A stretch of 64,000 nt of DNA from Eledone cirrhosa (Eukaryota), in assembly GCA_964016885.1 (NCBI GenBank), contig OZ024743.1, positions 296,484,001 to 296,548,000 on the forward strand. The letters are read 5' to 3'. Below the pieces are notes generated by a model. That model was not told where the DNA came from and did not search any database. It worked only from the letters and a program-made list of their open reading frames with translations. Both the position numbers and the translations under genes were made by a program. Below are positions 59,190 through 64,000 of this stretch, piece after piece (within the stretch, counting starts at the first letter, position 1; every line of letters starts with the position of its first letter).

Positions 59190-62100
59190 CAAAGGTTCTC
59201 AAAATATTTTGCCCCTCAAAATCACGAAACGCCCCCTACCCTATTTTTCCATTTTTCAATATACTACTGATTTTGATATCAGTAGATTACTAAAAAGTTG
59301 ATTAACGATATTCCAAAGATACCATTGCAGGCAGTTGAAAGTATAAATACATACCTTGAAAGGAAGTATATAAATTTCAAAGAAAGGAACATAAATGTTG
59401 AATTTGTTATATTCCCACCAGACGATACCAGCTATTTTGAACATTTATACAAGAGCAACTCTGTCTATCCAAAGAGTGCTCTTATCTGGAAGAAAGTGGC
59501 AATTGTATTATTTCAAAGCTTTCCAATTTTCCCTTTAATGAAACGGACAGAATAAATGTTGATATCTAACTTGATGTCCCCTCCGCTTTGTAAGCTTATA
59601 GACCACGCAAGAGGGTTTTCATGACCAAGTAAGATGATATATTCATTAGCAAACCGTAAAATATATACAACAAATAAGTAAGTGAATTGTGGTAGAGGGT
59701 TTCCAGTCCAGTCAGACTGCAACTACAAATATAAAATCGACTTACTTTGACCTCGTATCAATGGGACCCTTGAGCTTCATGGAGTTTAGCTAACTCTTTG
59801 ACGTCAGGCTGGATTTTCGTGAGCTGTAGCCGGAGATCTCCACGTGGAATCACATTGTAGCGGTTGCGAGCCTTACTTTGCAGTCTGGAAACAACGCCAA
59901 ACCCCCTCTCGACTAAGTATGAGCTAGGAAAAGGCAAAGCAAATCTCTTAGCCCCTGCATGTAGGAGTGGAAATCGACGCTGAATTTCCTCTTGCATCCA
60001 AAAAAAGAGGTTCACCTATTTTGGAAAATTTAATTTTGATAATGTCATCTGTCTGAAGTTCAATTAATTCTTCCTGAAATTTAACGTTGAAATCATCGAC
60101 GTTAGCTATGAAGGGATCTGCTATCCACATTGGGATGTCCATCTGCAAAAGGTCGACAAACCGTTCTCTCATGTTGTCTTGTAGTGCACGGAGGTGCGCG
60201 GTATAAATTTGGAGTTGGTCATCGCTCACAATGTTTTGAACATTGGCGACACTAGGAAAATTATAGAATTCCCGTCGACAAAGATTCCTTTCGATGACTT
60301 TCAATTTGGCCAGGAATATTTTCACAGCAGTCCTTGCTTTAAACAAGGTGATCTTCTCCTCCTGCAAAGCCATAATGAGGCTATTGCATTTGTCGAAGAT
60401 GTCGGCGAGGTAGGCGCAGTCTTGCCTCACATCGAGGGTTTTTTTATACAGTTCTGTGTTGCGTCCTCGAAGAAACTCAATGATAGAGTCGAACAGTTCA
60501 AAGAAGCGAGTAAGGCACTTGCCCTTTGAAAGCCACCTCACTTCAGTATGAAGGAGCAACTCGACGAATTCTTCGTCATTATCGTCGCACAGTTGCCGGA
60601 AAATTCGTTCATTGAGGGCTTGGCGTTTGATATAATTGATGACATCAATGGCTACCTGCAAAGACTTGCTCAGCGGCTCGCTGAGTTTCTTCGCAGCCAA
60701 GTGTTGTCGATGAATGACACAATGAACAGCAAATACAGATGGATTTTCCCTCTTCAGAAGAGAGACGGACCATTGCTCTTGCGCCGTCCGTAGCACATGA
60801 TACAATATTGTTAAGAGGTATCTCTTTTTCTTCGAGGTATCCAGTGGCTAGATTCAGAGTGAAGAGAAGCTCCTCGTGCATTTCGTTTTCGTGGAAAAAT
60901 CGCACATATCCCAGTAGTAAGGACTGATTCCCGGAAAGTGTGCTTTCATCAAGTTGCAAAGCAAATTGTGTCGATTTCAAGATGTTGCATAATTTTTGTT
61001 CAACATTTTCCGCCATTTCGTCGATGCGTCTCCTTATTAAGTCGTTACTCAACGGAATACATTTCAAGGTCTTTAACGGGTTCTGACGTAGTACTGTTGA
61101 AAGAACTTCTGAGATGACAGGGGCTACCAATGTTTCACCCAATGAATGGGGCTTGCCACACTTTGCGATTATATTGGCAATATTGTAAGATGCGACAAGT
61201 CCATCAACATTTGAAGCTTCAACTTTTGAAAGGGCAGAAGAAATTAGTGTTGTTTTCTTGAATTGGTCCCTAAGAGACTGAAAGTATGCTAAATCTGTAT
61301 ATCTCTTATATCACATCCAGGTGTCTACTCAAACGCGATGGCTTCATCGCCTCATTCGAAAAGGACTCCTTGCAAATTAAACACATGGGTGACAGGTGGT
61401 TCGACGGCGATGGGATGAATCCGAACCGTAAGTAATCAACGCTGTACTGCCTGAATTTTTTCTTCATTGCTGAGGCCATTTTCTGTTTAGCGAATGTGTT
61501 TGGTAAAGTTACGCAAAGATTTGCCTATATAAGCCTATAAAATTATGTATAAGGAACTTACTATAATGAGTCCTGTTCCAGTATGATAAAGTTTCAAGTA
61601 ATGTTCTGGAATAACACTTTGTAATAAACAAAACTGCAATAAAAACACAAATACTGTCATTAATTAACCAAGTCGAGACAAGTTATATATGAAGATGAAC
61701 CAGTCTTTCATGTAGGAATAGTAATAACTTAGCTTTAGGGAATTAAGGTGGCAGACTCAATAAAGGATCAACGAGGCAACGAGTTCAATAGAACTTAATG
61801 CAAGAATGACTAGTAATGTGCTATTTTGAAATGTAATTCATCAATTAAGCACGTAGTGAGAAGACGCGATAATACTAAGTTAAGACATTACTTATTAGTC
61901 AGAGTTACTCAAATTATCGCCCTTGCCATAATGCATCACTGTGATATTCTTGTAATGGTGCTGCAATTATAATGGATGACTGTTGAAGACTACAAAAGCA
62001 CTTCTTTAAGCCCAAGGCTATAACAAGACTTGATCGTAGTATAAACAGTCAGTTTATATAGGAATAGCAACAACCTAGTTATAGAATAAATGATGTGGAA

Positions 62101-62225
62101 ATGCAATGAAGAGAAGATGGGGTCAAGCAAACCGAATGTTAGTAAGAATGAGCTGAAGTATCGAGGTCAAGCCGATCACGGTGATGAACGGGTCAGTGAA
62201 TTCAATTCATGAATAATGTTGCTCT
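59190..62225 (-). mobile_element. hAT transposon, Buster/Charlie group, decayed
   Basis: The terminus CAAAGGTTCTCAAA follows TACTAGAG. Transposase fragments are present. The other end is not seen. Confidence 0.8.
59758..61479 (-). pseudogene. Buster/Charlie-type (ZBED5/SCAND3-like) hAT transposase with frameshifts
   Basis: Motifs RQYSVDYLRFGF..CLIC..MKPSRL, LQLDEST, TDGA, HCVIH, EVRWLS, FPSSYLVERGF and a terminal QGSH are present. Confidence 0.9.
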
Positions 62226-62229
62226 TTTC

Positions 62230-64000
62230 CAGGGGCCTCGTTTGCCTTAAAAATGTGAGGGGGACAAACCAACATTTGTTGGGGCATTTTAGTATTACTT
62301 ATGGTGTCTTTCCTGAACCCTATCACAGAAGTAAAAATTTCTTTACGCTAATTAAATTTTATATATTCAAATGAAGTTCAGATATAAAAAAAAATAAGCT
62401 TAAAAAGTATTTATTATATCAAATAAACAAAAAATAAAACATAGACGTTTGAATAAAAATCATATAAAGTAAATTTATTGTCTTTTAGAACTTTCCAAAT
62501 GTATCATATCTCGCATCATTGCTGTCAATAAATAATTTAGCAACTTCTTCACAACTAATCTTTTTCAAAACATCTCTATGAACGTGGCATATTAGAATAT
62601 GATTCAACCTTTGCTGAGTCATGGTCGATCGCAACCAAGTTTTGAGTCTCTGCAGAGCGCTAAAAGATCTTTCAGCTTCACAAGAACTGGTTGGAAACAT
62701 TAAAAGTAGCCTGAGCAATCGCTCAACATTTAGAAACATGCGACGGACTTCTAGTTGCATTTCACCGAATATTTTACGATGATCCTCGAGAGATGATCCA
62801 CTATGATGATTTCTATAAAAGGGTATTTCGTTCCTTAAAGAAAATTCATGAAGCTCTGGATACTGCATGATCACTTCAGCACAAACATTTCCATTGAGTA
62901 AAATATTGCTCAGTTTTTCATAATCTGCTAAATCCTGTGAAAAAAATAATATTTCAAATTTTATATTGCAGTATCCGCTACCTGCAAATACTGCACTCTG
63001 TAATGATCCAAAGCAGTGCGGTGTTGATATTTTAACGCATTTCCTTCCTGGTATCTTTTAGGAACTTTTTGTTGCCTGGGTAGCTCCAAAGGAGAAATAT
63101 CGAGTTGATAAATCATTTTTTTTCTGCTGTATTGAACAGCTCCTGAAATTGTTCTTCACTGCGTAGATATTTTAGCTCCTCCTGCACCAGTTTGACACTA
63201 TGCAATATGCTACCTAGATTAAAGGTAGTACTTTGAAAAGATTTCTTCAATCCTTCAAGGAATTGAAGTAATGGAACTACAAAGTGCAATCCAAGAACAC
63301 ATTGGCCCGGAGAGTGACACGTAAGAATAACATTAGCTCTGGACGCAATGTTGGTGCCAAACTCATTTGTTGCCTCTTGTAAAGAAATAGGGACATCTGA
63401 ATAATTGTCAAGAAGGGCTTTGACTGCAGAAAGCCGTGTTAGCCATCGAGTAGGGCACACAGGTGTTAAGGAGCGTGGTGACGATACTTCATTTCTTCAT
63501 CATGTTGTGATAAATACGCTTGCTTAAATTTCCCTGATGTACTATATAGTTTCCGCAATTCATTCACGTAATCTAGAACAGTTTTGATAAGTGAAGCTTG
63601 TTGTACGGACTTAGTTATAATAAGTTGAGAAATATGAATGCCGCAGTGCACGTAATGGGCCAAATCAAGTTATGTTAGAATCTTTAAAAAGATCTTTAAA
63701 AAATACCCGTACGAATTAAATAGAAAAAAAGCTTCAGTCCAAAACAAAAGCAAACTATTTCAAATTATATATTTTTGAAAAATAGACGTGAATGTTCTCA
63801 AAGACTTGATTTCAGTCGAAAAAGCTTTTTTTTAAATTCTATATTTCACTGTTAGCTGTTGTAATATTTTGATTGGGTAAACAATTCTACAATTCAAACT
63901 GTAAAGTCAAAATACAAAAGATGTAAAATATGAAGAATTTCTTACCTTTCTCTGAAATCACAAACACAGGGGAAAAACAGTACCTTGCAAAATAAAATAC
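62230..64000 (-). mobile_element. Second hAT transposon (Ac/Tip100-like, ZMYM1/THAP12-type), decayed; transposase pieces at 62485-63663
   Basis: Motifs YVHCGIH, CPTRWL and SSCEAERSFSALQRLKTWLRSTM..RL are present. A candidate terminus CAGGGGCCTCG lies at 62230. The right boundary is unknown. Confidence 0.82.

Noticed and set aside
59758-63663. Host genes ZBED5/SCAND3 or ZMYM1/THAP12
   Set aside because: These are frameshifted transposases with TIR-like termini, not domesticated genes.

Overview
This is an AT-rich, repeat-saturated animal genomic window with no recognisable host gene. The SINEs and repeat landscape suggest Octopus or another cephalopod, but that call rests on recall, not a search. 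From left to right: (1) 1-9.4 kb is a satellite of ~100-bp monomers, each a TIR-bounded, Tc1/mariner-MITE-like unit separated by (TA)n, with a 3,254-bp higher-order duplication. (2) 13.6-31.8 kb is a stack of microsatellite-targeting non-LTR retrotransposons, with R4/Dong-type RLE elements on + and Tx1/L1-type elements on -, almost all joined through (AAT)n tracts. (3) There are decayed CR1, RTE (PHD finger inside the RT), maT/DD37D, Neptune-type Penelope, Helitron, SINE and two hAT elements. (4) At least seven unrelated non-coding repeat families carry type-I hammerhead ribozyme motifs. They occur as head-to-tail tandems (743 bp and 525 bp) or foldback palindromes, which makes them Penelope pLTR- or retrozyme-like. 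The strongest candidates for new biology are the hammerhead-bearing tandem units, the self-perpetuating (AAT)n LINE stack with a covarying 3' stem-loop, and the MITE-derived satellite. All structures were folded and aligned by eye, and boundaries are approximate.
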